Assembly (NCBI GenBank): GCA_965222375.1
Contig: CBDCTZ010000011.1
Location: 288,001-352,000 of the forward strand
Direction: 5' to 3'
Length of the DNA stretch: 64,000 nucleotides
Source of the DNA: Polyangiaceae bacterium
GTDB taxonomy: Bacteria > Myxococcota_A > Polyangia > Polyangiales > Polyangiaceae
Each line of letters begins with the position of its first letter. Within the stretch, counting starts at the first letter, position 1. Below, one piece after another: positions 19,887 to 30,326 of this stretch. A program made the position numbers and the translations under genes. Below the pieces are notes generated by a model. It searched no databases, was not told the DNA's origin, and was given only the letters and a program-made list of their open reading frames with translations.

Positions 19887-19920
19887 CTTTCGTCGCATGC
19901 GTGGACGAGGTGCGCGGTGA
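19570..19920 (+). CDS. IS21 accessory ORF 2, hypothetical
   Basis: DVLKARL...[17 protein letters not shown]; its stop overlaps the istA GTG start (GTGA). Confidence 0.65.
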   Translation: MMRLTAQLQVSKTEMQLLVTSPEQGDVLKARLSLRPSHPRALLTLLEGLALWSGAKLCVAITAEQNCPSWLDSGLFGDELWPGESQLVQYEVAGRARPKRLRGVGDFRRMRGRGAR

Positions 19921-21428
19921 TCAGCAAGGAGCGCAGAGCCGAAATCCTCCGGCTGTACCACGCGGAGAAGTGGAAGATCGGGACGATTGCCCAGCAGCTT
20001 GGCATCCACCACGGCACGGTGCGGCGTGTCCTGCGAGACGCCGGGGTCGACACGGTGTCCCGGAGTCTGCGTCCGTCAATTACCGATCCCTACGTCCCAC
20101 TGATCATCGAGACGCTGGCGCAGTACCCGAAGCTGCCGGCGATCCGCGTTTACGCGATGGCGAAAGAGCGGGGCTACCAGGGCGGCTCAGATCATTTTCG
20201 CCGCATCGTCGCTCGACACAGACCGCGACCAACAGCGGAAGCGTACATGCGTTTGCGCACGCTGCCTGGCGAACAGGGCCAAGTGGATTGGGCGCATTTC
20301 GGGACTCTTTCAGTTGGGCGAGCGAGCCGGCAGCTGATGGCATTTGTGATGGTGCTCAGCTGGTCGCGGATGGTGTTTCTACGCTTCTACCTGAACGCCA
20401 ACATGTCGAGTTTTCTTCACGGGCATGTGTCTGCGTTTGATTTCTGGGCAGGCGTTCCACGGGTCCTGCTGTACGACAATCTCAAGAGTGCGGTGCTGGA
20501 GCGCAAGGGCGATGCGATCCGTTTTCACCCCACGCTGCTGGAGTTAGCTGGCCACTATCGCTACGAGCCACGCCCAGTCGCGGTGGCACGCGGCAATGAG
20601 AAGGGCCGCGTCGAGCGCGCGATCCGCTACATCAGATCCAGCTTCTTCGCCGCACGCGAGTATCGCGATCTCGACGATCTGAATGAGCAAGCACTCGACT
20701 GGTGCCTGGGCACTGCGGCGGAGCGTCGTTGTCCCGAGGATGAGACCCTGAACGTCTCGGAGGCCTTCGCCGAAGAGAAGCCGCGTCTGTTGGAGCTACC
20801 GAGCAATCCATTTTTGACCGACGAGCGCATCGAGGTTGCCGTGGGCAAGACGCCCTACGTGCGTTTCGACCTGAACGACTACTCCATTCCGGCAACGCAT
20901 ACACGCAGGAGCCTCACCGTGGTGGCAAGCATGACGACCGTGCGTGTCCTCGACGGTGAAGACACCATCGCGGAGCACGCCCGGTGCTGGGATCGCCGTC
21001 AGGCGATCGAGGAGCCGGCACACATTGCGGCGCTTGCAGAGTGGAAACGGCAAGCCCACGCGCATCGCGGCCTTGATCGCTTGCATCACGCGGCGCCATC
21101 TTCCCGAAAGCTTTTCAAAGTGCTGGCCGAGCAGGGCAAGAACTTGGGCGGCGCGACGATTGCGATGCTCAAGCAGCTGGACCGAGTTGGGGCCGCGGAG
21201 CTGGAAGCTGCGCTGGCCGAGGTTGTGCAACTCGGCACACCACACCTTGCGGCTGTGCACCACGTCCTGGAGCGACGCCGCTACGAGCGCGGCACCCCTC
21301 CACCCGTGGGGCGACATCTTCCCGACGACGACCGCGTGCAAGGCCCGGTCGTCACCCCGCATTCACTCAGCGACTACGACGGTATTGGGAGAGACGATGA
21401 TGACAACGACGACGAGCGATCAGGCTGA
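19917..21428 (+). CDS. istA: IS21 transposase
   Basis: N-terminal HTH; DDE motifs QVDW, YDNLK, KGRVER. Confidence 0.95.
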   Translation: MISKERRAEILRLYHAEKWKIGTIAQQLGIHHGTVRRVLRDAGVDTVSRSLRPSITDPYVPLIIETLAQYPKLPAIRVYAMAKERGYQGGSDHFRRIVARHRPRPTAEAYMRLRTLPGEQGQVDWAHFGTLSVGRASRQLMAFVMVLSWSRMVFLRFYLNANMSSFLHGHVSAFDFWAGVPRVLLYDNLKSAVLERKGDAIRFHPTLLELAGHYRYEPRPVAVARGNEKGRVERAIRYIRSSFFAAREYRDLDDLNEQALDWCLGTAAERRCPEDETLNVSEAFAEEKPRLLELPSNPFLTDERIEVAVGKTPYVRFDLNDYSIPATHTRRSLTVVASMTTVRVLDGEDTIAEHARCWDRRQAIEEPAHIAALAEWKRQAHAHRGLDRLHHAAPSSRKLFKVLAEQGKNLGGATIAMLKQLDRVGAAELEAALAEVVQLGTPHLAAVHHVLERRRYERGTPPPVGRHLPDDDRVQGPVVTPHSLSDYDGIGRDDDDNDDERSG

Positions 21429-22164
21429 CAAGGATCTGCGAGAGCGTGCGCACCGCCTGGGGTTGCACGGTCTTCTGGCCAACTGGGACGACGTGGTGAG
21501 CGCAGATTGGCTTGGTCCGTTGCTCGCCTACGAGGAAGCCGAACGCACCCGGCGCAGTCTGGAGCGTCGCATCAAAAATGCCCGGCTGGGTCGATTCAAG
21601 CCGCTCACCGACTTCGATTGGAAGTGGCCGAAGAAGATCGACAAGAGCTCCGTCGACGAGCTCTTTCGCCTCAACCTATTCGCCGAAGGCGCCAATGCCG
21701 TGTTGCTTGGGCCCAACGGCGTCGGCAAGACGATGTTGCTCAAAAATCTCGCACATCACTGCGTGATGCGCGGCTATACGGTGCGTTTCACCACAGCCAG
21801 CGCCATGCTCAACGAACTTGCGGGTCAAGACAGCAGCGCCGCCCTCAGCCGTCGCCTGCGCCAATACACCCACCCGCAGCTCCTGTGCGTCGACGAGGTC
21901 GGTTACCTTTCCTACGACAGCCGCTATGCCGATCTGCTCTTCGAGGTCGTCACCAGACGCTACGAGGCGCTCAAGCCCGTGGTGCTGACCACGAACAAGC
22001 CCTTCAGCGAGTGGCCCGACGTCTTTCCCCACGCCGCCTGCGTCGTCACCTTGGTCGATCGCCTCATCCACCGCTGCGAAGTCATCCACATCCAGGGCCA
22101 GAGTTACCGCGCAAAGGAAGCCAAAGAACGCGCCGCCTCCAAAAAGGCGAACAAGCCCACTTAG
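21397..22164 (+). CDS. istB: IS21 helper AAA+ ATPase
   Basis: Walker A GPNGVGKT, Walker [27 protein letters not shown]. Confidence 0.95.
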   Translation: MMTTTTSDQADKDLRERAHRLGLHGLLANWDDVVSADWLGPLLAYEEAERTRRSLERRIKNARLGRFKPLTDFDWKWPKKIDKSSVDELFRLNLFAEGANAVLLGPNGVGKTMLLKNLAHHCVMRGYTVRFTTASAMLNELAGQDSSAALSRRLRQYTHPQLLCVDEVGYLSYDSRYADLLFEVVTRRYEALKPVVLTTNKPFSEWPDVFPHAACVVTLVDRLIHRCEVIHIQGQSYRAKEAKERAASKKANKPT

Positions 22165-22710
22165 ACGCGCCCATCTATGCGCCCTTTTTCATGACCGCTA
22201 ACAGCTATTGCCAGGCAGCCCGCGCAGTCGTTGACGGCCGCGTGGAGTCCATCGCGGGTGACGCAGCTGCGGGCTTCACTCTGACGGTTCGCATCGACGC
22301 CATTGCCGCCGGCGATGCAACCAGCCTGGGCATCAAAGTCGGTGAGTCCTTTCTGATTGGCAGCTCGGGTTTCTACCCAGATGGCCCGAAAGTAGGCGAC
22401 CGCGTTCTTGTTCCGGTGGAGGGACCCGGGCGCTTTGGATGGCGCCAGTTCCGAGTCGACGCCGCAAGTGATACGCGATGCGACGGAACCATGGTGAGCG
22501 CCGACGTTGCCAGCGAATTGCTCGTCAAGACCGCACAGGAATGCAGCGACTCGTTGGACGCGCGCGGTCTGGCGCCACCCCCTTGCAACGACACGGTGAA
22601 TTGCGCCCTGCGTGCTGAGCCCAGCTCGGACGCCGACTCCTCGTTGGCGTTGCTACTGGTGCTGAGTGCGGTGTTCGGCTGGCGCCGCCGGCGGCGGCAC
22701 TGAGTCGCGG

Positions 22711-25038
22711 TTACTTCTTCAGCCGCGCTTGAATGTGGTTGATGGCCTCGCGAAAGGCGGCGGCTTGCTTGCCACAAGGCGGAGGGCAAGGGCGTCGCTT
22801 CCGGTAGCCGCAGCCTTTGCGTGTGCGGTTGCTGAGCATGACTAGGGTTGCCACCACCCGCTTGTCACCGACGGCCTTGGCGCGCGTCAAAAGCGGTAAC
22901 CGCGCTTTGCAGCTGGAGGCAGAGCGAACGTCAAAAGCGATTAGCAGCGCCGGGGTCGCTCGCTCACGGGTGCCAGGCTCGAGTAGCAAAGCGCGCGCGC
23001 GATCGCGCACCAACGGCGCGGTAACGTAGAGGTCATAGAGCAAGTCAGGCCCGGCCGCGCCCATCTCGTGTGCCATGACTTGAAGCGCGCGTTCGCCCAC
23101 CCTGTCACTGAATGCGAGCTTGACGAGTAGCGCGCGGACCTTGGCCTTCTTGGCGGTGACACGGTCGAGCTTGAACAATCGGACCAGCGTGTTCAGGGCC
23201 AGGGGTTGGTTTGCCTTCTTCTCGCCGTAGGCCAGGGCCAAGGGCTCCAAAACGTGGGGGTCACGTGGGTAGCGTTCCGCCAGGGCGCGCCAACCCTCGA
23301 GCCCTCGCTCTTTGGCGGCGTCCAGTTCGGTGATGCTGGCGCGCTTGTTGGAAACGCCGGCGTCAGGGGCGGGCTCTGCACTCGCGACGGCAGCTGCGCT
23401 CGCAAGGTCCAGGTCGATCGGCGCCGCGGTTGCTTCCGTCGGTGCTTTGGAGGCCTCGAGCCCCCGTGGGGTTGGCGGCAGCTGGGATTCCGGGCTTGCG
23501 CCGGCCGAGTGGAGGAAGCCGATCCGCATCAGCGCAACCACGCCGGCGAGGGTGGCCACGGCGACAACGGGGCCTGCCAGGAAGCGTTTCATTCGCCCGG
23601 GGCGCTTGGCCAGCAAGTTGCCTCGCAGTGCCGCTGCCCCACCGACCAACATCGCAACGGAGCACAGCAACACGTCCCAGCCGGCCCAGGCGCCGCTCTC
23701 TGGCTTCGCTCCGCGCTGCAGCCAGGTGTCGTGAGCGCGAATGGCGAGGGCAGCGAGCCCGTACGCGACGATGGCCGAGTACACCACCGCTCGAGTGCGC
23801 GCGAGCAGCTCTGCTACACGAGCGCTGTTGTGCCAGACTTTGCGGCGCAAATACCGGAGCGATAGGATCGCGGGGGTCGCGACGGTGCCCAGGATCGCGA
23901 GGGCCATCAGTGCAAGCTCGGACGCGGTCGGGGCGCGGTGCAAGACGAAAACGGCGAGCCCGCCGCGAATTGCCATTGCCAGCCACAACGAAAGCAGGGC
24001 CGCGCCCAGGGCAGCGACGAAGATCAGTCGGGTTCGATCGTGCTCGGTCGCCCGGGCATGCTCTTCACGGCGAATAGATGGCGGAGGCGGCGCCGAGAGT
24101 CGCGCTTCGGCTTCGCGTGTGTCGCGTTCGAATTCTTCGAGCTCGGCTTCGAGCTCGGTGGCGCTTGTGAAGCGTTCCGCCGGGTCTCGTGCCATGGCGC
24201 GCTGCACGATCGCTTCGAGGCGCTTCGGGATATTTGGTGCATGTGAACGCGGACGCGCAGGCTCGCGCGCCATCACGGCCAAAACTGTCTCCTGCGGCGA
24301 GGCCTCCGAGTAGGGCGGTACACCCGTGAGCATCACGTAGAGCAGTGCACCGATCCCGTAGACGTCGCTCCGCTGGTCCGCGGATTCGGCCCGGGCCTGT
24401 TCTGGCGACATGTAGGACGGAGTGCCCATGGCAATCCCGCTGCGAGTGATCGAGACGTCTCCGGCCTCCATCATGCGCGCCAAACCAAAGTCGAGCACCT
24501 TGGCACGCGGCGCGTCGGGATCACCGCTCAGGAACACGTTTCCGGGTTTGAGATCCCGATGAATCACTCCGCACTCGTGGGCCGCCGCGATCCCTCGGCA
24601 CACCTGGCGACCGATGCGGGTGGCTAGCAGTGGGTCGAGGCGATTGCCATCGTCGACCATGCTGGCCAAGTCGTTGCCCTCCAGGAACTCCGTGACGATG
24701 TACGGGCGGCCGCTCGGGGAGGTGCCTACATCCGTGACGTCGACGATGTTGGGGTGCACTACGCTCGCGATGGCGTGCGCCTCGCGCTCGAATCGCGCGG
24801 CGATTTCCGCCTGCTCGGCCATATTCACGCGCAAGACTTTGACGGCAAAGCGTTTGGCCGGGATGCGGGTGTGCTGGGCCTCGTATACGCGCGCCATGCC
24901 TCCTTGCCCGAGGTGTTTCGTGAGCGCGTAGGTATCTCTCAACGTGAGCCCGACCAGGTCGTCGCTCTCGAGTTCCTCGATCTCCGCGTCGTGCAGGGTG
25001 GGGGCTTCTTCGGGTTTCTCCGCTTCGACCATCGCCAA
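22711..25038 (-). CDS. Hanks-type Ser/Thr protein kinase with multi-TM region and C-terminal helical domain
   Basis: GQGGMARV, AVKVL, HRDLKPGN, DFG, GTPSYMSPE; about 5 TM segments. Confidence 0.93.
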   Translation of the reverse strand: MAMVEAEKPEEAPTLHDAEIEELESDDLVGLTLRDTYALTKHLGQGGMARVYEAQHTRIPAKRFAVKVLRVNMAEQAEIAARFEREAHAIASVVHPNIVDVTDVGTSPSGRPYIVTEFLEGNDLASMVDDGNRLDPLLATRIGRQVCRGIAAAHECGVIHRDLKPGNVFLSGDPDAPRAKVLDFGLARMMEAGDVSITRSGIAMGTPSYMSPEQARAESADQRSDVYGIGALLYVMLTGVPPYSEASPQETVLAVMAREPARPRSHAPNIPKRLEAIVQRAMARDPAERFTSATELEAELEEFERDTREAEARLSAPPPPSIRREEHARATEHDRTRLIFVAALGAALLSLWLAMAIRGGLAVFVLHRAPTASELALMALAILGTVATPAILSLRYLRRKVWHNSARVAELLARTRAVVYSAIVAYGLAALAIRAHDTWLQRGAKPESGAWAGWDVLLCSVAMLVGGAAALRGNLLAKRPGRMKRFLAGPVVAVATLAGVVALMRIGFLHSAGASPESQLPPTPRGLEASKAPTEATAAPIDLDLASAAAVASAEPAPDAGVSNKRASITELDAAKERGLEGWRALAERYPRDPHVLEPLALAYGEKKANQPLALNTLVRLFKLDRVTAKKAKVRALLVKLAFSDRVGERALQVMAHEMGAAGPDLLYDLYVTAPLVRDRARALLLEPGTRERATPALLIAFDVRSASSCKARLPLLTRAKAVGDKRVVATLVMLSNRTRKGCGYRKRRPCPPPCGKQAAAFREAINHIQARLKK

Positions 25039-25187
25039 GACTTCGGTTCGTGTGCGAAATGAGTGTTCCCGCTCCCACGCGCTTGCGGGCGAAGCGTGCC
25101 TAACCTAGCATGAGTGTTCGTCACCCTGGGGGGGGTGGCGTGATCCCAGAAAAAGAGGCTGCGCCCGAAGCCCTTGGCGACGGGCCG

Positions 25188-25892
25188 CTAGCGTTCGCGT
25201 GAACCCTGCGCGCTGTCCTCCAGCCGACGCTGGGTGGCGCGCGCGATAGCCCGACCGACTCGCTTTTCGTTGAACCCCGTCAGCACAATTCCGTCGATGT
25301 CCAAGGTGGGCACGCCACCGCCCGGGACCAGCCGCCGATGTTCGCGCTTTGCTGCTGGACTCTTTTCGACATCGTGTTCGGTAAATGCGATTGAGTTGTG
25401 TTGCAGCCAGCGTCGCGCACGTGTGCAGTGCGGGCACCAGTTCGTGCTGTACAAAGTGACCTTTACGCTCCGAAGCGCGGCGCGTAGGTCGGCTTCACTC
25501 GGCTGGTCGTTGGCCGCTGGCTGTTCTATGGCGCCGGCGTCTTCGGCCCCGGCGGGTTCGGCGACGGCGAGCGGCGACCCTGGTGATGGGGCGGGCTCAC
25601 CCCAACCTTGTGCCTCCGCCGTCGGTCGAGTCGGCGCAGTCACAACTTCCGACTTGGCGGTTCGTGGCGTTTGGAGTGACGCTGATGCGGCAGGTAACTC
25701 GGGGCTCGGTCGCTCGACGGCGGAGCTCACGAGCTTGATCGCTATGGCACCGACCAAGCCGGTCGCAACCAACACGAGCGCAACGAGACCAACGCGCCCA
25801 GGCAGTGCGCTTGCGGGTTTGTTCTGACCGCGGCGGCACAGGACACACTCGCCGCCAGGTGGCACCACTAGGTTGTGCGCGGGACAGCGCAT
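25188..25892 (-). CDS. Membrane-anchored glutaredoxin (NrdH-like) protein
   Basis: YSTNWCPHC, GGVPTL, GF; N-terminal CxxH...CxxC and one TM segment. Confidence 0.85.
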   Translation of the reverse strand: MRCPAHNLVVPPGGECVLCRRGQNKPASALPGRVGLVALVLVATGLVGAIAIKLVSSAVERPSPELPAASASLQTPRTAKSEVVTAPTRPTAEAQGWGEPAPSPGSPLAVAEPAGAEDAGAIEQPAANDQPSEADLRAALRSVKVTLYSTNWCPHCTRARRWLQHNSIAFTEHDVEKSPAAKREHRRLVPGGGVPTLDIDGIVLTGFNEKRVGRAIARATQRRLEDSAQGSRER

Positions 25893-26120
25893 TACTGGGC
25901 GCTGAGCTTAGCAGGCCGCGCGTGACTGGAAAACGGTCAGCTCACACAGCCGCGCGCCGCTGACAGCGGGCCGCTCGGATTTCCATCCGTGGCGATGCGT
26001 GTGCAAACAAGTAACCCGCCGAAGCTGCAAGCTACAATGTTCTTGCCGTTTGCCGGGCCCAGACGTGTGCCAACCAGTGCTAGTGCTCGCCACTGAGGTG
26101 GAGCGAACGCTACGCGTTCA

Positions 26121-27512
26121 CTAGACGCGCTGAGCCTCCTCACGCAGCGCTGAGATGGCGTCGTCGACGCGATCCTGGTGCGTGCGAAAACACAGGACGC
26201 AGATCCGGAGCGTAAGGCGGTCGTGAAGCCGGGTGCTGGATAAGAATACTCGCCCCCGTGCGTTCACGCGGTCGAGCAAGCGCGCGTTGGCATCATCGTC
26301 ACGATCCTTCAGTCGAAAGGCGACGACGGATAGCTGGGGCTGTTCCAGCAGTTCGAAGCGTGGGTCCGCTCCCAGTCGCTCTGCTGCTTCCCGGGCGAGA
26401 TCGAGTTTTTCCGCCAGGGCTTGGCGGAACGCGCCCGCGCCATGGAGCATCAGAGGCAACCAGAGACCCAGGCCACGAAATGCTCGAGAGAGTTCGGGTG
26501 ACAGATCCGTGAAGTTGTCTTGGTCTTCGTCGGGCATGACATCGCGCAAGTAGTCCGCGTCACTGTGGTGGGCTGCGCGCAGCGCTCCCGCGTCGCGCAT
26601 GAGCAAGCAACCCGTGCCGTACGGAAGGAACAGCCCCTTGTGAGGATCGAGAGCGATCGAGTCTGCTAGCTCCAGGCCCGGAACGAGCGCCGGATCGACC
26701 CAGCGAAAGAAGCCACCGTAAGCCGCGTCGGCGTGTACCCAGAGCCGCTCCGCCTCAGCGATTTCCGCAAGTTCGGGAATAGGGTCGACAGCGCCGGTGT
26801 TTGTCGTGCCCGCGTTGACGTTGAGCAGGAAAGGAATCTTGCCCGCGTTTCGATCGACTTTGACGGCGTCGCTGAGCGCGCCCGGCACCAAACGAAAGCG
26901 CTCGTCCACGGGCAACAGGCGGATCTGGTCTCGTCGGAAACCAGCGATGCGCGCGGCCTTCGGCATGGACGCGTGGGTTTCCTCGGAAGCGTAGATCACC
27001 GCGCGACTGAAGTCGTCGCCGAGTCGCGCGACCCGCGCGCTCACGATGGCAGCGAGGTTCGAAAGGGAGCCACCTGTCGTCAGTATGCCTCGGGCTGTGC
27101 TCGGGTAGCCCATGCTTGCGGCGAGCCAACGCAGGGTCGTTGCTTCGATCTCCGCCAGTACTGGTGCGGCCTTCGCGACGCCCACATAGCGATTCACGCT
27201 GGCAGCGATGTAGGTACCCAACGCAGACGATGGCAAGCCGCCACCAGGAATGAATGCCAGATAGCCTGGGCCCGGGGTCGTAAAAGACTTGGTGACCGCA
27301 GGGCCGAGGCGCGCAAGCAAGCCGTCCAAGGCCGTGCCTCGCTCTGGCATGGGCTCTTGGAAGCTGACGGCAAGCTCGCGTGCCCCTTGGGTGTTCGCAG
27401 CGGGCAGCCTCTTCAGCGCCTCGAGTTGGTCGAGAACGAAGCGCACCGCGGCGTCCGTCCAGGCGGATAGGGTTTTGTCGTCAGGTTCCAGGGGTGCCGA
27501 CACGGTTTGCAC
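26121..27512 (-). CDS. Group II PLP-dependent amino acid decarboxylase
   Basis: GGSLSN, AGTTNTGAVD, HADAAYGG, DPHKGLF, ELSR. Confidence 0.92.
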   Translation of the reverse strand: MQTVSAPLEPDDKTLSAWTDAAVRFVLDQLEALKRLPAANTQGARELAVSFQEPMPERGTALDGLLARLGPAVTKSFTTPGPGYLAFIPGGGLPSSALGTYIAASVNRYVGVAKAAPVLAEIEATTLRWLAASMGYPSTARGILTTGGSLSNLAAIVSARVARLGDDFSRAVIYASEETHASMPKAARIAGFRRDQIRLLPVDERFRLVPGALSDAVKVDRNAGKIPFLLNVNAGTTNTGAVDPIPELAEIAEAERLWVHADAAYGGFFRWVDPALVPGLELADSIALDPHKGLFLPYGTGCLLMRDAGALRAAHHSDADYLRDVMPDEDQDNFTDLSPELSRAFRGLGLWLPLMLHGAGAFRQALAEKLDLAREAAERLGADPRFELLEQPQLSVVAFRLKDRDDDANARLLDRVNARGRVFLSSTRLHDRLTLRICVLCFRTHQDRVDDAISALREEAQRV

Positions 27513-27597
27513 CCTAGCCTCGAAAGGTGCGCGCTGGCCGCAATTAGTTTTGTCGGCGCACTAGGACGTGTCGAGCCAGGGTGGGTGGCAAGAAGGA

Positions 27598-29430
27598 TCA
27601 ACGATCGCGGATCTGAGCGAGCGTGCGCGAAAGCTTGGCATCGTCCTTGAAACAACAAGCACCCTTTTTGACCGTGCAGCCGGGGGGGCGGAGCTTTTCG
27701 AGCTGACGTGCGGTTCGCTCGTCGCCTACCTTGGCAGCGATACCGAAGCGCTCGAGCTTTCGGGTGCAGTTCATGCGCCGAATGTCGAGGGTGACGCGCA
27801 GAGCAGGGGAGGCTCGCTCCACGCTCTCCAGTCGGTACAGAATTATCTTCGCGCGCTCCGCCGCTTTGGTCGAGGGGTCATGTTCGAGCACGCCATACAA
27901 GATATCTAGGCCCAGAGTACCAGTGCGGTGAGCGAGCTGGTCGACAACCTTGTTGATGGCCTCGTCCTCGGGATCAGACCGAGAGAGCATGCTGATGGTC
28001 TTCTTCTGAACGTCAGCATCCTTCAGTGCTTCCGAGTCACCCTCCATCATGAGCAGCCACGCCTTGGCTGCGTCCGCCTTGTCGGCACGTGTGAGGAACT
28101 TGGCTTTGACGCTCTGTTCGAGATCTTGAACCGCTGCATCCGCTTTGGCCTCACGGCCGCTCGCAGCCGGGGTCGGTGTGGGTGTGGCCGGAGGGGCCGA
28201 GGCCAGGTTTGCGGCCGAAGTCGAGGGTGCCGTGTCTGGCGCCTTGCCGTTCGAAACCGAAAGCGTGACCACGGTAATCCCGACGCCCAATGTGACGAGC
28301 CCACCCACGATTGCAATGGCAGGCCGAGCTTGCATCCAAGCGAGCGCGGTGGCGAAGAGGCTCTTTTCTGCCGCTCGCGGCGCCCGAGCGACTGGTTTGG
28401 CATCGTCACTCGGTTCGAGGACGGACGCGGAATTGCGTAGCGCGGGAGCAGCCGGTGGACGATAGGACTCCTGCGTCGTGAAAAAACCTTGAATGCCTCG
28501 GGTCGCGCCGGCGATCGCGGCTGCTGCCGCATTGGCGTCCTGCCAGCGCTCTTCCGGGGCTTTGGCGAGTAAGCGCATGATCACCCATTCGAGGTCTTGG
28601 GGGGCATTGCAATCCGGATTGCGTTCGCGCAGCGGAGGCGGCGGTGTTTTGCGCTGCTGCTCAAACAGCTGCACCGCCGGCAGAGTGACGTCAAAGGGGT
28701 GCTTGCTCGCGAGCATCTCGTAGAAGATCAAACCCAAGGCATAGAGATCCGAGCGCTCGTCCACGTTCTTCATCCCGAGAAACGCGTCCGGCGCCAGGTA
28801 CGCCATGCTGCCGAATACGACCCCGGCTTTGGAGGTCTCCCAGTCCGGAAGTGCGTCGTCATCAGGCACCTGAGGAAGCGCCTCGATGGGAACACGCGCG
28901 AAGCCAAAGTCGATCAACTTGACCAGATCGTCAGTGTTTTCGACGAGCATCACGTTGGTCGGCTTCAGATCCCGATGAACGATTCCATGCACGTGCGCAG
29001 CGGCAAGGGCCTCGGCAATCTGCCGAGCGATGAACGCCGCGCGGGTTGCCGGGATTGGCCCGCGGTCCATCAGCTCTCGCAGGGTTTCACCCGGTACGTA
29101 CTCCTGAACCAGGAAGTAGGAATCGCCATCGAACTTCCCCAGGTCACTCGCGACGGCCACGTTTGGATGCGAGATGTGGGCACCTGCAACCGCCTCTCGC
29201 TCGAAGCGCTCTACGAGCTCCGGAAAGTTCTCGATCTCCGGGTGCAGCACCTTGATGGCGACCTGCTTGTGCATGTGCAGATGCGCTCCGCGGTAGACCG
29301 CGCCGAAGGCGCCGGCCGCGATCAACTCGTCCACCCGATAGCGATCCGACAGCACGCGCCCAATCAGTTCTGGGCGCGCCGTCATTCCCTTCGGCACTGC
29401 GTCCGGCGGTTTCTTGTCGGCAGGGGGCAT
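27598..29430 (-). CDS. Hanks-type Ser/Thr protein kinase, single TM
   Basis: AGAFGAV, AIKVL, HRDLKPTN, DFG, GSMAYLAPD; TM segment, then a helical domain resembling that of the 22711..25038 kinase. Confidence 0.92.
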   Translation of the reverse strand: MPPADKKPPDAVPKGMTARPELIGRVLSDRYRVDELIAAGAFGAVYRGAHLHMHKQVAIKVLHPEIENFPELVERFEREAVAGAHISHPNVAVASDLGKFDGDSYFLVQEYVPGETLRELMDRGPIPATRAAFIARQIAEALAAAHVHGIVHRDLKPTNVMLVENTDDLVKLIDFGFARVPIEALPQVPDDDALPDWETSKAGVVFGSMAYLAPDAFLGMKNVDERSDLYALGLIFYEMLASKHPFDVTLPAVQLFEQQRKTPPPPLRERNPDCNAPQDLEWVIMRLLAKAPEERWQDANAAAAAIAGATRGIQGFFTTQESYRPPAAPALRNSASVLEPSDDAKPVARAPRAAEKSLFATALAWMQARPAIAIVGGLVTLGVGITVVTLSVSNGKAPDTAPSTSAANLASAPPATPTPTPAASGREAKADAAVQDLEQSVKAKFLTRADKADAAKAWLLMMEGDSEALKDADVQKKTISMLSRSDPEDEAINKVVDQLAHRTGTLGLDILYGVLEHDPSTKAAERAKIILYRLESVERASPALRVTLDIRRMNCTRKLERFGIAAKVGDERTARQLEKLRPPGCTVKKGACCFKDDAKLSRTLAQIRDR

Positions 29431-29539
29431 GGTCGAGCTTCCCAGTAGGAAGACCCTAGAATTGTAGCGGGCGCCCGGCGGGAGGGAAAATACGCGCCGG
29501 ATCGGTCGGAGTTTCTGGCTGGAGCGCTCAGGGCATCGG

Positions 29540-30313
29540 GTGGCTCCGGCTTGCTGTTATCTTGCGTTGGCGTTCATGCCTTGCCCGGACATCGACTCTC
29601 TCTCACGCGCCAGTGTCGCACCCTATCGGTGGCGCACACTTGGCGTCGCCTTTCTCGCCACCTGTTCGGGCTGTGTTGTGAACCAACGCGCGGTCGAACG
29701 TCCGAACACGAGGGAAGCGGTGGTCCTGGTGGGCAGCGCAGCGCTGCCCGAACCGATTGACGGCCTGGCGCGCCATCCTTGGATTTCCTTGCGTGAAGCG
29801 GAATCGAGGGCGTGGGAGCGGTGGGAAGTGATGTGTTGTCCGGAGGGAAGAGCCGGCGGCACCGTTCGCCGCTCCAACGTGGGCCCCTTGAGCGATCATG
29901 GCGCAGGGGGCGGCGACGTTCGCATTCATGCGATCTATTCCGGGAAGCGAGCAGAGCGCATGATCGCGTGCTTGCGTCGTGAGGCGCCGCGCTATCCCTA
30001 TCGACATCAGTACCGTGCGTGGCCCGGGCCCAATAGCAACACCTTCGTCGACTACATGTCTCGCGAGTGCGGGATCGCCGTCGATCTCCCCGCAGGCTCG
30101 ATAGGCAAGGACTACCGCGGGGTGGTTGTCGGGATGTCGACGACCTCCGGCGGCACGGGCGTGCAGTTCGAAACCCCCATCATCGGCACGAAGCTCGGCC
30201 TGACGGAGGGAGTCGAGGTCCATCTGTTTGGGATGGCGTGGGGCATCGACTTTTGGCCGCCTGCGTTGATCGTGCCCGTGGGGCCGGGTCGCATCGGCTT
30301 TGACGATCGTTGA
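29540..30313 (+). CDS. DUF3750 family protein
   Basis: HPWI, RWEV, YRAWPGPNSNTF, IGKDY, EGVEVHLFGMAWGID. Start uncertain. Confidence 0.75.
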   Translation: MAPACCYLALAFMPCPDIDSLSRASVAPYRWRTLGVAFLATCSGCVVNQRAVERPNTREAVVLVGSAALPEPIDGLARHPWISLREAESRAWERWEVMCCPEGRAGGTVRRSNVGPLSDHGAGGGDVRIHAIYSGKRAERMIACLRREAPRYPYRHQYRAWPGPNSNTFVDYMSRECGIAVDLPAGSIGKDYRGVVVGMSTTSGGTGVQFETPIIGTKLGLTEGVEVHLFGMAWGIDFWPPALIVPVGPGRIGFDDR

Positions 30314-30326
30314 GGCGGGTGCGAGC

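Larger units (their letters stand above)
18992..22203 (+). mobile_element. IS21-family insertion sequence (3212 bp)
   Basis: istA/istB pair. TGT...ACA ends with imperfect inverted repeats (TGTCAACGGGCAT vs TGTTAGCGGTCAT) and shared GCGTCTAAGTGGGC. 5-bp direct repeat GCTAT at 18987-18991 and 22204-22208. Confidence 0.95.
18896..22703 (+). pseudogene. MYXO-CTERM surface protein gene interrupted by IS21 (parts 18896-18991 and 22209-22703)
   Basis: Removing the IS and one GCTAT copy joins MRLLVALALG...GARGCY in frame to CQAARAVV...NCALRAEP...LLLVLSAVFGWRRRRRH (196 aa). Confidence 0.85.

Noticed and set aside
20944..21396. Long N-terminal extension of IstB
   Set aside because: Overlaps istA out of frame; IstB similarity begins near ATG 21397.
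21507..22703. 398-aa ORF overlapping istB
   Set aside because: An off-frame read through istB fused to the 3' half of the interrupted MYXO-CTERM gene.
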